NCBI GenBank assembly: GCA_963827655.1
Contig: CAWHCF010000023.1
Location: 256,001 to 320,000, forward strand
Length of the DNA: 64,000 bases
Direction: 5' to 3'
From: an uncultured Acidobacteriota bacterium
GTDB taxonomy: Bacteria; Acidobacteriota; UBA6911
Shown here: positions 63,697 to 64,000 of the stretch, piece by piece
Position numbering within the stretch: the first letter of the stretch is position 1
How the letters are laid out: each line of letters starts with the position of its first letter
Program-made: the position numbers and the translations under genes
The notes under the pieces: model-generated
What the model saw: only the letters and a program-made list of their open reading frames with translations
Databases searched by the model: none
What the model was told of the DNA's origin: nothing

Positions 63697-64000
63697 TTAT
63701 TCGCGTCCCGCTTTTGAATCATCCACATCGTGTACGAATTCCCAGCCGAAGCGCCCTTTGATGCACAGGTGGCCCCGCGTGACATCCGCATCCAGAGGAG
63801 AAGTGACCTTGACGATTCGGTTGTCCTGGACGTGCAAAGTCAGCGTGCAACCCACTCCACAGTAAGGACAAATGGTATCGGTTTGCGTCTGTTTCGATTC
63901 GTTCCAGGTTCCGGCGCGACGCATTTCAAATTCACTCATGAACATGAGCGCGCCGGTCGGACAGACCCCTATGCAGTTTCCGCAATAGACGCACGCCGAA
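63697..64000 (-). CDS. Fe-S protein resembling the N-terminal module of formate dehydrogenase alpha/NuoG (5' partial)
   Basis: CVYCGNCIGVCPTGAL followed by TICPYCGVGC...LCIKGRFG; the ORF ends after this domain. Confidence 0.85.
   Translation of the reverse strand, partial: SACVYCGNCIGVCPTGALMFMSEFEMRRAGTWNESKQTQTDTICPYCGVGCTLTLHVQDNRIVKVTSPLDADVTRGHLCIKGRFGWEFVHDVDDSKAGRE

Noticed and set aside
63697-64000. Truncated formate dehydrogenase pseudogene
   Set aside because: The ORF ends cleanly after the Fe4S4 domain, split architectures are plausible, and the rest lies outside the window.

Overview
GC-rich bacterial window. It is probably from Acidobacteriota, inferred from Oar-like TonB receptors, DUF1549/1553-DUF1501 pairs and many Tat-signal enzymes. 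About 48 CDS are present, mostly hydrolases, sugar-acid catabolism and outer-membrane uptake genes, plus a housekeeping block (ppa, rpiB, glyA, DinG-like helicase). More than 10 genes, including glyA, carry small frameshifts, which points to long-read consensus errors. Highlights: (1) a stand-alone 1427-aa DUF6079/BrxC-like P-loop ATPase fused to a compact PglZ-like metallophosphoesterase domain, divergent from a TPR gene and without any BREX methyltransferase in the window, a candidate undescribed defence/signalling system; (2) a PCYCxC lipoprotein with an in-frame TGA in a UxxC motif followed by a SECIS-like hairpin (probable selenoprotein); (3) two non-autonomous TIR element families that twice bracket a single gene in the same order; (4) palindromic heptamer arrays apparently translated into protein N-termini; (5) broken toxin remnants (HEPN, PIN). 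No rRNA, tRNA, CRISPR array, transposase or integrase was recognised. All family calls come from motifs read by eye, not from database searches.
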